A stretch of DNA of 64,000 bases from Bacteroidales bacterium (GTDB lineage: Bacteria > Bacteroidota > Bacteroidia > Bacteroidales > WCHB1-69). The position numbers and the translations under genes are program-made. The notes below the pieces were generated by a model. It worked only from the letters and a program-made list of their open reading frames with translations, was not told the origin of the DNA and ran no database searches. The DNA lies in NCBI GenBank assembly GCA_017506175.1, contig JAFVNW010000018.1, positions 1,056-65,055 of the forward strand, written 5' to 3'. This document shows, one piece after another, positions 44,757 through 54,480 of this stretch (position 1 is the first letter of the stretch; each line of letters begins with the position of its first letter).

Positions 44757-45248
44757 ATGAACGGAGATCCTCGTCTGTATGGAATTTTAAAAGAACTCAG
44801 CATCCATTTCGAATATATTGAACATCCGGCCGCGCCCACGATTGAAATCGCCAAGCAGTATTGGGCGGGACACGATGCCAAGCATTGCAAAAACCTCTTT
44901 TTCAGAAACCACAAGGGGAACCAGCATTATCTGGTTCTGCTCGACTGCGATCAAAACATGGACATTCACGCCATCGAGAAGCAGCTGCATCAGGGGAAGT
45001 TGAGTTTCGCCTCGGAGCAGCGACTGATGAAGTACTTGGGCGTCATGCCAGGCTCGGTTACACCTTTCGGTTTGATTAATGATGTGGAACACCATGTCAA
45101 GGTCTTTATTGATAAACACTTGCAGACGGCGGAGAAGGTAAGCTTCCATCCCTGTGTCAACACTGCCTCCCTCATCATCGCCCGAGAGGATCTCGTGAAG
45201 TTTCTCGATGCAATGGGCAATGCCTACGAGTGGGTGGAGTTGTATTGA
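44757..45248 (+). CDS. YbaK/prolyl-tRNA synthetase-associated editing domain protein
   Basis: 163 aa: HCKNLFFRNHKGNQHYLVLL, GVMPGSVTPFGL and VSFHPCVNTASL blocks. Start trimmed to MNGDPRLY. Confidence 0.75.
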   Translation: MNGDPRLYGILKELSIHFEYIEHPAAPTIEIAKQYWAGHDAKHCKNLFFRNHKGNQHYLVLLDCDQNMDIHAIEKQLHQGKLSFASEQRLMKYLGVMPGSVTPFGLINDVEHHVKVFIDKHLQTAEKVSFHPCVNTASLIIAREDLVKFLDAMGNAYEWVELY

Positions 45249-45405
45249 CAGGGCCCCCAAAGGCAGTTAATCTTTTCTTGTTACCCGTTTCCCCTTTTTC
45301 ATTATTTTGAGGTATTTCAGCCTCATGATTTTCATCGCACTTTTGCACGCTGAATGTGAGCAAAACCTATTTTTTTTATTGTCAATATCTAAAACATTAA
45401 AAATC

Positions 45406-46263
45406 ATGAAGTTGAAAAAATCATTGCTACTATTAGCCGTTATGGGCATGTTCTTCACCTCTTGCCATCGTGAAGAAAATTTTTCTGAAAAAATTGCGGG
45501 TACGTACAGAGGCTGGTCTGATGCCTCTTGCGCCTATTTCTCCAGCTATGCAGCCTCTCATGGCACCACCACCGAGACGTTGAGCTTGACTGCCGAGGCT
45601 GTTGAGAACCAAGTTTCTTTGAGCTATGCTTCCGCCGCATGGGGTACATTCACCATCGCGGGGGCCACAGTCGTCAAAACCGAAGGTATCTACAAAATTG
45701 CTGGTTCCGGCACCTGCGCAATGGCACACCAGGGAACCACGAAGGAATACAGCTGCACTCTCGTTGCCAATGTCACCGATGCGAGCAACGCCGTCTTTAC
45801 CTTTTCCATACCCGACGTCATGGGAGGTCTGACCATTACCTTTACGGCGGGCGATGCCGGTGCTTATCAATTGGTCGGCTCGTATATCGGCTGGATGAAT
45901 GCCAGCTGTGCATACTTTGAAAATTATGCCGAAACACACGGCACCACTGCCGATACGTTGACTCTCTCAGCCGGCAATACCTCGAATCTTTCCATGAACT
46001 TCGCTTCTGCCGCGTGGGGTACGTATGTATTCAACAACCTCTCCGTTTCCGGCAAGACTTTCTCTGGTTCGGGCATCTGTTCAATGAGTATGGGAGGGCA
46101 GGCCAATGACTATGATTGCACGGTCAGTGGCTCCTTCAATGGCGATGGCAAACTGGTCGTCACCTTTGCCATCCCCTCCGTCATGGGCGGTTTGACCACC
46201 ACCTTTACCGAAGGCGAAATCCCAGACGAATACCAACAAACCACCAAGTTCGCGTGGAAATAG
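45406..46263 (+). CDS. Lipoprotein made of two tandem ~115-aa repeats, upstream of the haem-uptake locus
   Basis: Lipobox (MFFTSC). The repeats are G-Y-GW-ASCAYF-YA-HGTT-TL-L...SAAWGT...IPSVMGGLT-TFT-G. Start trimmed to MKLKKSLLLLAV. Confidence 0.6.
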   Translation: MKLKKSLLLLAVMGMFFTSCHREENFSEKIAGTYRGWSDASCAYFSSYAASHGTTTETLSLTAEAVENQVSLSYASAAWGTFTIAGATVVKTEGIYKIAGSGTCAMAHQGTTKEYSCTLVANVTDASNAVFTFSIPDVMGGLTITFTAGDAGAYQLVGSYIGWMNASCAYFENYAETHGTTADTLTLSAGNTSNLSMNFASAAWGTYVFNNLSVSGKTFSGSGICSMSMGGQANDYDCTVSGSFNGDGKLVVTFAIPSVMGGLTTTFTEGEIPDEYQQTTKFAWK

Positions 46264-46282
46264 CGGCTTGTGATGAGTGATT

Positions 46283-46334
46283 GTGAACCGAGAAAGCTTT
46301 TTTTTGCCATAATTGTTTTGCGGACTCGGTTCAC
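46283..46334. promoter_or_regulatory. 10-bp perfect inverted repeat upstream of hmuY (possible operator or stem)
   Basis: GTGAACCGAG (46283-46292) and CTCGGTTCAC (46325-46334), followed by a GTTCACA direct repeat. Confidence 0.3.
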
Positions 46335-46396
46335 ATTCGCGTTCACAAGAAATCATGCCATCCATCCTTGAATGTTAAGCAATACGATCTTCGATC

Positions 46397-47140
46397 ATGA
46401 AGCATAATTGTCGTTTTACTTTGTTTCTTGTCATCCTGTGTGCATCCGTTGGTTTGCTCACAGGGTGTCATGGTATTTGCGATTGGATATACGACGATCC
46501 GGAAGAAGATTTGCTGGATCCCTCCCTTCCGGATGGTTGGAAGGAGTTGTCGGATGACGGTCTTTCGGGCACGCTTTATCTTGATGCCTCCAGCTATACG
46601 CGCTGGAACTATGTTGACTGGCTCAACACGCGGTACACGCCGCTTGATTTCGGTACGGACATCACCCCCGACTCTCTTGCGGCCATCGAACCCGTTGCGT
46701 GGGACTTTGCCGTGCATCGCTACGATGTCAAGACGCATGGCGGCAGGGCTGCCGAAACACGGTACACCTCCATTGACGAACTGCTCAGCGACTGCCGTTC
46801 GGCGAACACTGTCGGCGAGTGGTTGTCCACACAGGGCATCCAGCTTGAGTCGGATGTTTGGTGCGATTCAGTCGTGACCATTGATATGAGTCACATGTTG
46901 GACGGCTACCTTGTCTATCTTCCCTCTTTTTACAATCGTCAAATTTCGCATTGGTTGGATGTCAATACCTCGCAGATGCCTCCCATCTATACCAAGAGCG
47001 ATAGGATTTATGTGCTTGTTACTGGCGATGGGCGTGCCTATGCCCTCTGGTTGAAGAATTACATCAGTTCGGGTGGCGTGAAGGGCTTTATGACCATTGG
47101 TTATCGTTATTTAGGATTCCTTGTTGAACCTCTCCGTTAA
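46397..47140 (+). CDS. hmuY: HmuY family haem-binding lipoprotein
   Basis: Lipobox (GLLTGC), a WDFAVHRYDVKTHGG block typical of the HmuY fold, and a position immediately 5' of a TonB-dependent receptor and a CobN-like gene. Confidence 0.75.
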   Translation: MKHNCRFTLFLVILCASVGLLTGCHGICDWIYDDPEEDLLDPSLPDGWKELSDDGLSGTLYLDASSYTRWNYVDWLNTRYTPLDFGTDITPDSLAAIEPVAWDFAVHRYDVKTHGGRAAETRYTSIDELLSDCRSANTVGEWLSTQGIQLESDVWCDSVVTIDMSHMLDGYLVYLPSFYNRQISHWLDVNTSQMPPIYTKSDRIYVLVTGDGRAYALWLKNYISSGGVKGFMTIGYRYLGFLVEPLR

Positions 47141-47141
47141 T

Positions 47142-49343
47142 ATGAATTTCCGTTTGTCCAAAATTTTATTCTTCGTTGTCGTCCTCATCTTCTGCGGAGT
47201 GGAGAAAGCAGCTTCGCAGGTGGTGGTGACGGGTTCTGTCGAGGACGTGTCAGGCAACCCCATAGAGGGCGCTTTCCTTCATTGGGAAGAGGGCGGTACG
47301 GTGGTGGGCATTACCGATACGGCGGGGCGGTTTCGTGCGGAACTGCCTGCGGCGAGGGTGGGGGAGAAGCGTACGCTCGTTGCACGCTGTCCTGGCTATC
47401 TGAGTTTGAGCTTGCCTATCAAGGACGACACGCGCACGCTCCGATTCCAGTTGGAGACCGACGCGTTGAATCTTGAAGGTGTTGTCATCACGGGTACGCG
47501 TACCCCCAAGTCGCTGAAGGATGCACCCATCATCACGCGGGTGATTTCTGCGCAGGACATCGCTAAGGTGGATGCCACCGATGTGGGTGAGTTGCTCCAG
47601 CAGGAACTGCCCGGCATTGAGTTCACTTATTCCATGAACCAACAGACATCGCTCAACATGTGCGGTTTTGGCGGCACCAACGTGCTCTTCCTCGTGGATG
47701 GGGAGCGGATGGCTGGCGAAACCCTCGACAACATCGACTACAGCCGTCTGAACCTCGACAATGTGCAGTCCATTGAAATCGTGAAGGGGGCGGCTTCTTC
47801 GTTGTATGGCTCCAATGCGGTGGGGGGTGTGGTGAACCTCATCAGCCGCGAGGCCGCGAAGCCATGGTCGGTGAATGTCAATGCGCGCTACGGTTCCCAT
47901 AACAACCAACGCTATGGGGCAAGTGTCGGCTTCAGGACAAAGAGGTGGAACAGCCTCACCAGTTTCCAATATAATTCTTGCGGCGATGTCATGTTCCCCG
48001 ACCCCAAGGTGGAGGGTGAACAGAACGCCTACGAGAAAATCTACGCTTTCCGCACATTGAATTTCAAGGAACGCCTTTCATACGAACCGATTCAGCGTTT
48101 GAAATTCACTGCTCGCGCTGGCTATTTCTTTCGTGAACGCTTTTCATCGGAAACCGCCAACGACCGCTATCGTGATTTCAGCGGCGGGCTCAAGGCCAAT
48201 TATCGCTTTATTCGCAATGCCGACATCGAGCTTGCCTATTCCTTCGACCAGTACGACAAGAGCGATTTCCTGCATGCATTCCGCAGTGACGTTCGCGACT
48301 ACAGCAACGTGCAGAACTCGATCAGAGTACTCTATAATCAGCGTTTTTTCCGCAAGTTCACCTTTACTATCGGAGCAGACTACCTCTACGACTATCTCCT
48401 CTCGTATATGTTCGTCGATGGCGGCTCTGAGTCGCAGCACAACATCGACGGCTTTCTCCAGCTCGACTACGAACCCTCGCAAGCGTGGGAAATCATAGGA
48501 GCCGTCCGTTACGACTACTTCTCCGAGTTCAAGGCCTCCCTTGACGGGCTCACAGGCAAGCTGTCGGGAATTTACAAGAAGAAGTTCCCCAATGGGCAGC
48601 TTTCGCTTCGGGGGTCCTATTCCGGCGGCTTTCGCGCCCCAACCCTCAAGGAACTCTATATGGTGTTCGACATGGCGAGCATCTTCACCATTTATGGGAA
48701 CCAGAACCTGAAGCCGCAGACCTCGCACAATTTCCAACTTTCACTTGAATACAGTCGTGCCAAGTTCAATGTCGCCGTCAGCGGTTTTTACAATATTGTT
48801 GACAACAGCATCACCACCACTTGGAACAAGGAGTTGAACGGTATGCAGTACGTCAACATCCAGAAGATGGATGTTGTGGGAGCGGAGTTGAGCTTGAACG
48901 CGCGATTTGACTATGGCTTCGGCGCGTCGGCCTCGTATGCCTACACCTATGAACATTTCCCGAAGGGTGTCCCGCTCACCACCTCCACCCGCCCGCATGC
49001 CCTCACCGCCAAAGTGACCTACGACCATGCATGGAAGAAAGTCGCACTCAACGTGGTGCTCAGCGGCCGCTACATGTCGGGGCTCACCTCCGATGAGTAC
49101 ACCAGTCTCACCGACCTCACCCAGACCACCCGCGTCCACTATCCTGGCTACACCATTTGGCGCTTCAACACATCCGTGACGTTTTGGCAGGCTCTGCGCC
49201 TCCATTTCACCATCGATAACTTGTTCAACTACATTCCGAAGGTTTATTACAGCAATTCGCCCCAAACCGTTGGCATTTCATTCTCAGGCGGTTTCTCATT
49301 GGATATCGACCAGTTTAACTTCAAGAAAAACAAAAAACGATAA
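47142..49343 (+). CDS. hmuR: TonB-dependent haem receptor
   Basis: Signal peptide, carboxypeptidase-regulatory-like N-domain, plug (VVITGTRTPKSLKDAPI), beta-barrel and a C-terminal aromatic residue region. Start trimmed to MNFRLSK, just after the hmuY stop. Confidence 0.8.
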   Translation: MNFRLSKILFFVVVLIFCGVEKAASQVVVTGSVEDVSGNPIEGAFLHWEEGGTVVGITDTAGRFRAELPAARVGEKRTLVARCPGYLSLSLPIKDDTRTLRFQLETDALNLEGVVITGTRTPKSLKDAPIITRVISAQDIAKVDATDVGELLQQELPGIEFTYSMNQQTSLNMCGFGGTNVLFLVDGERMAGETLDNIDYSRLNLDNVQSIEIVKGAASSLYGSNAVGGVVNLISREAAKPWSVNVNARYGSHNNQRYGASVGFRTKRWNSLTSFQYNSCGDVMFPDPKVEGEQNAYEKIYAFRTLNFKERLSYEPIQRLKFTARAGYFFRERFSSETANDRYRDFSGGLKANYRFIRNADIELAYSFDQYDKSDFLHAFRSDVRDYSNVQNSIRVLYNQRFFRKFTFTIGADYLYDYLLSYMFVDGGSESQHNIDGFLQLDYEPSQAWEIIGAVRYDYFSEFKASLDGLTGKLSGIYKKKFPNGQLSLRGSYSGGFRAPTLKELYMVFDMASIFTIYGNQNLKPQTSHNFQLSLEYSRAKFNVAVSGFYNIVDNSITTTWNKELNGMQYVNIQKMDVVGAELSLNARFDYGFGASASYAYTYEHFPKGVPLTTSTRPHALTAKVTYDHAWKKVALNVVLSGRYMSGLTSDEYTSLTDLTQTTRVHYPGYTIWRFNTSVTFWQALRLHFTIDNLFNYIPKVYYSNSPQTVGISFSGGFSLDIDQFNFKKNKKR

Positions 49344-49349
49344 ATAGAG

Positions 49350-52300
49350 ATGAATAAAATGAAGAGAAAGATGGGCCGAACGAAGAAAGTCGTTGTTTTC
49401 TCCGTTCTTTCCGCAGTCATCGTTGCCTTGCTTGCTTTGATATGGTTCGGCTGGATGCGGCCGACGCGCATTGGCTTCATTAACTACCAGTCCATCACCT
49501 TGGGAGAAATATCCCGCGCCAACCAAAACACATTCATCAAGCTCAAGGAAATCCCTGTGGATGAAATAGATAAGGCATCTGACCTCAAGCATTTTGACAT
49601 TATTTTTGTCAATGCGATGGGATTGCGCATCACTGCTGAACAGCGCGAGCTCATCAAGGCGGTTGGCGAGAAGAATGTCCCCATTGTCACCACCATGGCA
49701 ACCAATCCGGCCAACAATGTCAACACCCTTGATTCCCTCTACGCTAAGGAACTGAAGGAGTACATCTCCGCTGGTGGCCGCGCGAATTTCCACAACATGC
49801 TGGAGTATGTGCGCAAGTATGTTGACAAGAAGAGGTTCTTCACCAGTGTGCCTGCTGCGCCAGTGCCATTCGAGGGCGGTATGATTTACCATGCCGATCC
49901 ACAGCATCCCGAAAATGAGAATCTCTACTTCAATTCGGTCAAGGATTATGCTGTCTTTCTCAGCAAGAACCATATTCCCAACGCCAAAGCCGCGCATCCA
50001 GCCTACAGAGACCTGTCGAAGCAAGACATCATCGTCACCGGCCAGATGGGCGATGCCACCGACCTGATTTCAATGCTTGAGAAGATGGGCTATCGCGTGT
50101 TCCCCGTCGCCCGTCTGCGAGAGTTCATCGCCGAGCATGTCGATTCCATCCAGCCTGGAGCGGTCATCAACATGGCGCATGGACGCTTGGGCGATGAGAT
50201 TACTCAATTCTTGCAGGAAAGAAACATCCCGCTGTTTTCCCCGTTGAATGTCAATTGCCCTGTCGAGGAGTGGGAGGCCGACAAGATGGGAATGCAAGGG
50301 GGATTCATGTCGCAGAGCATTGTCACGCCCGAAATAGATGGTGCGGTGCTGCCCTATACGCTATTCGCGCACCGCAAGAGCAAGGACGGCTTTCAGGAGC
50401 TATATGCCATTCCCGAACGTCTTGCGACCTTTGTCAAGACCATCGACAATTATCTGAATTTGCAACAGAAGCCCAATGCCGACAAGCGGGTGGTTGTTTT
50501 CTATTACAAAGGGGCTGGGCAGAACTCGCTCACAGCCGCTGGCATGTCGGTGGTTCCCTCCCTGTTCAACGTACTTGTTGACCTGAAGGAGCGCGGTTAC
50601 AACCTAGAGGGGATGCCCTCTTCAGCAGAAGCGTTGGAGAAGCTGATCATGCAGCGTGGCGCTGTGTTCGGCGCATACGCGGAAGGCGCGATAAGTGATT
50701 TCATCGCTTCTCAAAATCCGTTGCTAATCAATAAGAAAGACTACGATGCGTGGGTTAAGGCCTCCCTTCGCCCAGAACAATATGCGGAGGTGGTGTCGCA
50801 GTATGGCGATTTCCCCGGCGACTATATGGCGACCTCTGACGGACATCTTGCCTTGGCCTGCCTCCGATTTGGGAATGTGGTGCTGATGCCGCAAACCGCT
50901 GCGGGTCGTGGTGACAACCAGTTCGAGGTGGTTCATGGCACCGACATCGCCCCTCCGCACAGCTACATTGCCTCCTACTTGTGGGCGCAGTATGCATTCA
51001 AGGCCGACGCGATGCTCCACTTTGGCACGCACGGAAGTCTTGAGTTCACGCCGCGAAAGCAGGTCGCCCTCTCCAATAGCGATTGGAGCGACCGTCTGGT
51101 GGGTGCAATCCCGCACTTCTACTTATATACCGTGGATAATGTCGGCGAAGCGATGATCGCCAAACGCCGCTCCTACGCTTGCATCATCTCCTATCTGACC
51201 CCGCCTTATATGGAGAGCAATGTGCGCCCTATCTATATGAAACTCAATGAGGCCATTGAGTCGTACAACAAGCAGCCGTCGGCAGAGGGGGCGAAAGCCG
51301 TGAAGAAATTGACACTCCAACTCGGCATCCAGCGCTCGCTCGGTCTCGACAGTCTGCCCTCCACCCGCTATTCCTCTGACGACATCGCCAGAATCGAGCG
51401 TTTTGTGGAAGAATTGGCGAACGAGAAGATGACGGGGCAACTTTATACGATGGGCGTCCCTTACGAGGAGGCGCGCATCCATTCCACCGTTTATGCCCTC
51501 AGTACGGATCCGATTGCCTATAGTTTGTACGCCTTGGATCGCCAAAGGGGACGCGCCGGCGCCGACGTGGCCAAGCACGCTTCCCTCTTCGCACAGAAGT
51601 ATCTCAGCCCTGCCAAGCAATTGGTGGGGAAGTTGTTGCATACCGAGGCCAACGATGCAATGCTGCGTTCCATTGCCGGTCTCTCGCAGCACGATTTGGA
51701 TTCTGCACGCAGGATATACGACGACATGCAGCCCCGTGACCTGCTCTCAATGATGATGAGCATGGGTGAATCGATGAGGGGAAGTGCTCCTACGGGCGGC
51801 GGCTCCAAGATGACCGAGGCCCAGAAGGTCGCAATGAGGGAACGCGCCAAGGGTATGAGCCCCGACCTTGCCCTGAAAATGGCGAAGAAGATGGGGGCAC
51901 CGGAGGAAGCCCTGAAGAAGATGGAGGCCGCCATGAAGGGTTCGCCCGCCCAAGAGAAGAATCCTGATAACGCTTCTGCCCCCGCGAAGGGTTCAGGTAG
52001 TGAGACCGTTTCGAAGATGGAACAGGTCATGGAAGCGATGACCGCGCCGAAGAACTTCACCAAGGCCCAGCGCGAGTGGGCAACGGCTGTACACGAGTTG
52101 GAACGCACTGTCGGCAATGTAGCCAAGTACAGGGAGATGCTCCGGCAATGTCCGCGCAGGGAGTTGGACGCGCTGGCCAACGCGCTCAACGGCGGCTATG
52201 TCTGTCCGTCGCCTGGCGGTGACCCGATTGCCAACCCGCAATCCCTCCCGACAGGACGCAACCTCTACGCCATCAATGCGGAAAACACCCCCACTGAGGC

Positions 52301-53774
52301 CGCGTGGGACAAGGGCAAGGAACTTGCCGAACAGACCATCGCGCTTTATCGCCAAAACCATCACGACAGTTTGCCGCGCAAGGTGAGTTACACCCTATGG
52401 AGCAGCGAGTTCATACAGACTGAAGGCGCGACCATCGCTCAGGTCTTATACATGCTTGGGGTTGAGCCGGTCAGGGATGCCTTTGGGCGCGTCACCGACC
52501 TGCGCTTGATTTCCTCCAAAGAGTTAGGACGCCCGCGCATCGATGTGGTGGTGCAGACCTCAGGCCAGTTGCGCGACCTTGCCGCCTCGCGTCTTTTCCT
52601 CATCAGCAGGGCGGTTGAGATGGCGGCTGAAGCCAAGGACAAAGAGTTCGCCAATGAGGTGGCGGCGGGTGTGCATGAGAGCGAGAAGACCCTGATAGAA
52701 AAGGGAATCCCGCCCAAGGAAGCCCGCGAGATGGCATCTCGACGCGTCTTCGGCGGAGTGAACGGAGGTTACGGTACTGGCATACAAGGTATGGTGATGA
52801 GCGGTGACCGCTGGGAGGAATCCTCTGAAATCGCCTCCACCTATCTGAGCAACATGAGTTCCTTCTATGGGAATGAAAGGGATTGGGAGGCCTCTTCCAA
52901 GTCGGCGCTGGAAGCGGCACTCACCCGTACCGACATGGTGGTGCAACCCCGCCAAAGCAATAGCTGGGGCGCTCTCAGCCTCGACCACGTATATGAGTTC
53001 ATGGGAGGCATGGATCTTGCTGTCAGAAACGTCACTGGCAAGGAGCCCGATGCCTACCTCGCCGATTATCGCAACCGCTCCAACTTCAGAATGCAGGAGG
53101 TCAAGGAGGCTATCGGCGTGGAGAGCCGAACCACACTCTTCAATCCGACCTACATTAAGGAAAAGATGAAGGGCGGCAGCAGCGATGCCAATGCCTTCGC
53201 GGAGCTGGTGCAGAATACCTACGGATGGAATGTGATGAAACCCGATGCCATTGACAATGAGATTTGGGACGAAATCTACGAGACTTACGTCAAGGACCAA
53301 TACGACTTGGGCACCAAGCAGTACTTCGAGGACAAGAATCCCGCCGCCATTGAGGAAATCACCGCCGTGATGATGGAGAGCGCACGCAAGGGAATGTGGA
53401 AGGCCACCGACCAGCAACTCAAGGATGTGGCTCAACTACACACTGAAATCGTCAATAAGTATAAGCCTTCTTGCAGTGGGTTCGTCTGCGACAATGCCAA
53501 GTTGCGCCAATACATCGAGCAACAGGTGGACGAGGCTTCCGCTCAAGAGTACCGCAAAAATATCAACGATATCCGTACCGCTTCCGACAAGCAAGGAACC
53601 GTGATGAAAAAGGAGACGATACAAGATGAATCCACTTCGCACAGGGCTGTCGTCAGCAACACGCTGATTGTCGTCGGCGCACTTCTGCTGCTCGTGGGGA
53701 GCGTGCTTTTCATCAGAAAACGCCGGAAACAGTCGGCGGGCAGTAACGATAAACCAAATACCGAGGAGTTCTGA
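49350..53774 (+). CDS. hmuS: CobN/Mg-chelatase-like protein (HmuS-type)
   Basis: 1474 aa with an N-terminal TM anchor, CobN-family blocks throughout and a C-terminal TM helix. Its position after hmuY-hmuR matches the Porphyromonas/Bacteroides hmu operon. Confidence 0.8.
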   Translation: MNKMKRKMGRTKKVVVFSVLSAVIVALLALIWFGWMRPTRIGFINYQSITLGEISRANQNTFIKLKEIPVDEIDKASDLKHFDIIFVNAMGLRITAEQRELIKAVGEKNVPIVTTMATNPANNVNTLDSLYAKELKEYISAGGRANFHNMLEYVRKYVDKKRFFTSVPAAPVPFEGGMIYHADPQHPENENLYFNSVKDYAVFLSKNHIPNAKAAHPAYRDLSKQDIIVTGQMGDATDLISMLEKMGYRVFPVARLREFIAEHVDSIQPGAVINMAHGRLGDEITQFLQERNIPLFSPLNVNCPVEEWEADKMGMQGGFMSQSIVTPEIDGAVLPYTLFAHRKSKDGFQELYAIPERLATFVKTIDNYLNLQQKPNADKRVVVFYYKGAGQNSLTAAGMSVVPSLFNVLVDLKERGYNLEGMPSSAEALEKLIMQRGAVFGAYAEGAISDFIASQNPLLINKKDYDAWVKASLRPEQYAEVVSQYGDFPGDYMATSDGHLALACLRFGNVVLMPQTAAGRGDNQFEVVHGTDIAPPHSYIASYLWAQYAFKADAMLHFGTHGSLEFTPRKQVALSNSDWSDRLVGAIPHFYLYTVDNVGEAMIAKRRSYACIISYLTPPYMESNVRPIYMKLNEAIESYNKQPSAEGAKAVKKLTLQLGIQRSLGLDSLPSTRYSSDDIARIERFVEELANEKMTGQLYTMGVPYEEARIHSTVYALSTDPIAYSLYALDRQRGRAGADVAKHASLFAQKYLSPAKQLVGKLLHTEANDAMLRSIAGLSQHDLDSARRIYDDMQPRDLLSMMMSMGESMRGSAPTGGGSKMTEAQKVAMRERAKGMSPDLALKMAKKMGAPEEALKKMEAAMKGSPAQEKNPDNASAPAKGSGSETVSKMEQVMEAMTAPKNFTKAQREWATAVHELERTVGNVAKYREMLRQCPRRELDALANALNGGYVCPSPGGDPIANPQSLPTGRNLYAINAENTPTEAAWDKGKELAEQTIALYRQNHHDSLPRKVSYTLWSSEFIQTEGATIAQVLYMLGVEPVRDAFGRVTDLRLISSKELGRPRIDVVVQTSGQLRDLAASRLFLISRAVEMAAEAKDKEFANEVAAGVHESEKTLIEKGIPPKEAREMASRRVFGGVNGGYGTGIQGMVMSGDRWEESSEIASTYLSNMSSFYGNERDWEASSKSALEAALTRTDMVVQPRQSNSWGALSLDHVYEFMGGMDLAVRNVTGKEPDAYLADYRNRSNFRMQEVKEAIGVESRTTLFNPTYIKEKMKGGSSDANAFAELVQNTYGWNVMKPDAIDNEIWDEIYETYVKDQYDLGTKQYFEDKNPAAIEEITAVMMESARKGMWKATDQQLKDVAQLHTEIVNKYKPSCSGFVCDNAKLRQYIEQQVDEASAQEYRKNINDIRTASDKQGTVMKKETIQDESTSHRAVVSNTLIVVGALLLLVGSVLFIRKRRKQSAGSNDKPNTEEF

Positions 53775-54472
53775 TGGAAGCGGTCGTAGTGGTGCTTATG
53801 ATTGTTGCTGTGGTGAATTTCTGGCTGAAACTCACCTTCGTGAAACCCTGGCAGGTTTGGGCGTTTGCTGCGCTTGCTGCGGGTTTCGTTTATGCCATGC
53901 AGCCCCTTGCTATTATGCAGTCGAAAACACAGCTGATAGATGCACTCCGCAACCCCGCGTTGATGCAGGACATCGCCTTGATTATCAGCTTGGAAGTCGT
54001 CTTGGAAATGGCCTTCTGCCTTTGGGCGACACGTTATTATACACATGACGAACTGCGTCCCCGCACCCGTTGGATTTTCCATCTGCTGAGGCTTTTCCCC
54101 GGCATTCTGGTCTTTCCTGTACTTTTTGTTGTGCTCACAAACGTCATCTTTGTGTTGCCTGGTTGGAATTTCCATCTCATTGCCCTCTTGGTGGCGGTTG
54201 CAGTGATCCTTGTGACGATTACCGGTGAGCTTGTTCTCAGGCATCTTCTGCCGGAGAAGTCGTTGCGACTGGAGCTCCTCTTCATCGGCAATGTCGTGGT
54301 TGCCTTGTTGGGAATTGTCGCTACGGTGAACGGACGCACGGCGGTTGAGGGCACCGACAAGGTGAATTGGCTGGCTTTGGTTGGCATTCTTGCCATCATC
54401 CTTGTATTCACGCTGATTGGTATGGCATATTATAAAATCATGTTGAAAAGAAAGAGAGATAATAATCAATAA
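53774..54472 (+). CDS. Polytopic membrane protein (positional equivalent of hmuT)
   Basis: 232 aa with about 6 TM helices. Its start overlaps the hmuS stop (TGATG). Confidence 0.55.
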   Translation: MEAVVVVLMIVAVVNFWLKLTFVKPWQVWAFAALAAGFVYAMQPLAIMQSKTQLIDALRNPALMQDIALIISLEVVLEMAFCLWATRYYTHDELRPRTRWIFHLLRLFPGILVFPVLFVVLTNVIFVLPGWNFHLIALLVAVAVILVTITGELVLRHLLPEKSLRLELLFIGNVVVALLGIVATVNGRTAVEGTDKVNWLALVGILAIILVFTLIGMAYYKIMLKRKRDNNQ

Positions 54473-54480
54473 TTAAAGAA

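Noticed and set aside
49296-53435. Minus-strand ORFs inside hmuS (49296-50024, 51123-51692, 51518-52189, 52560-53435) and the 308-aa ORF 53543-54469
   Set aside because: They are antisense to the CobN-like gene and the following membrane protein gene, and they show no independent support.
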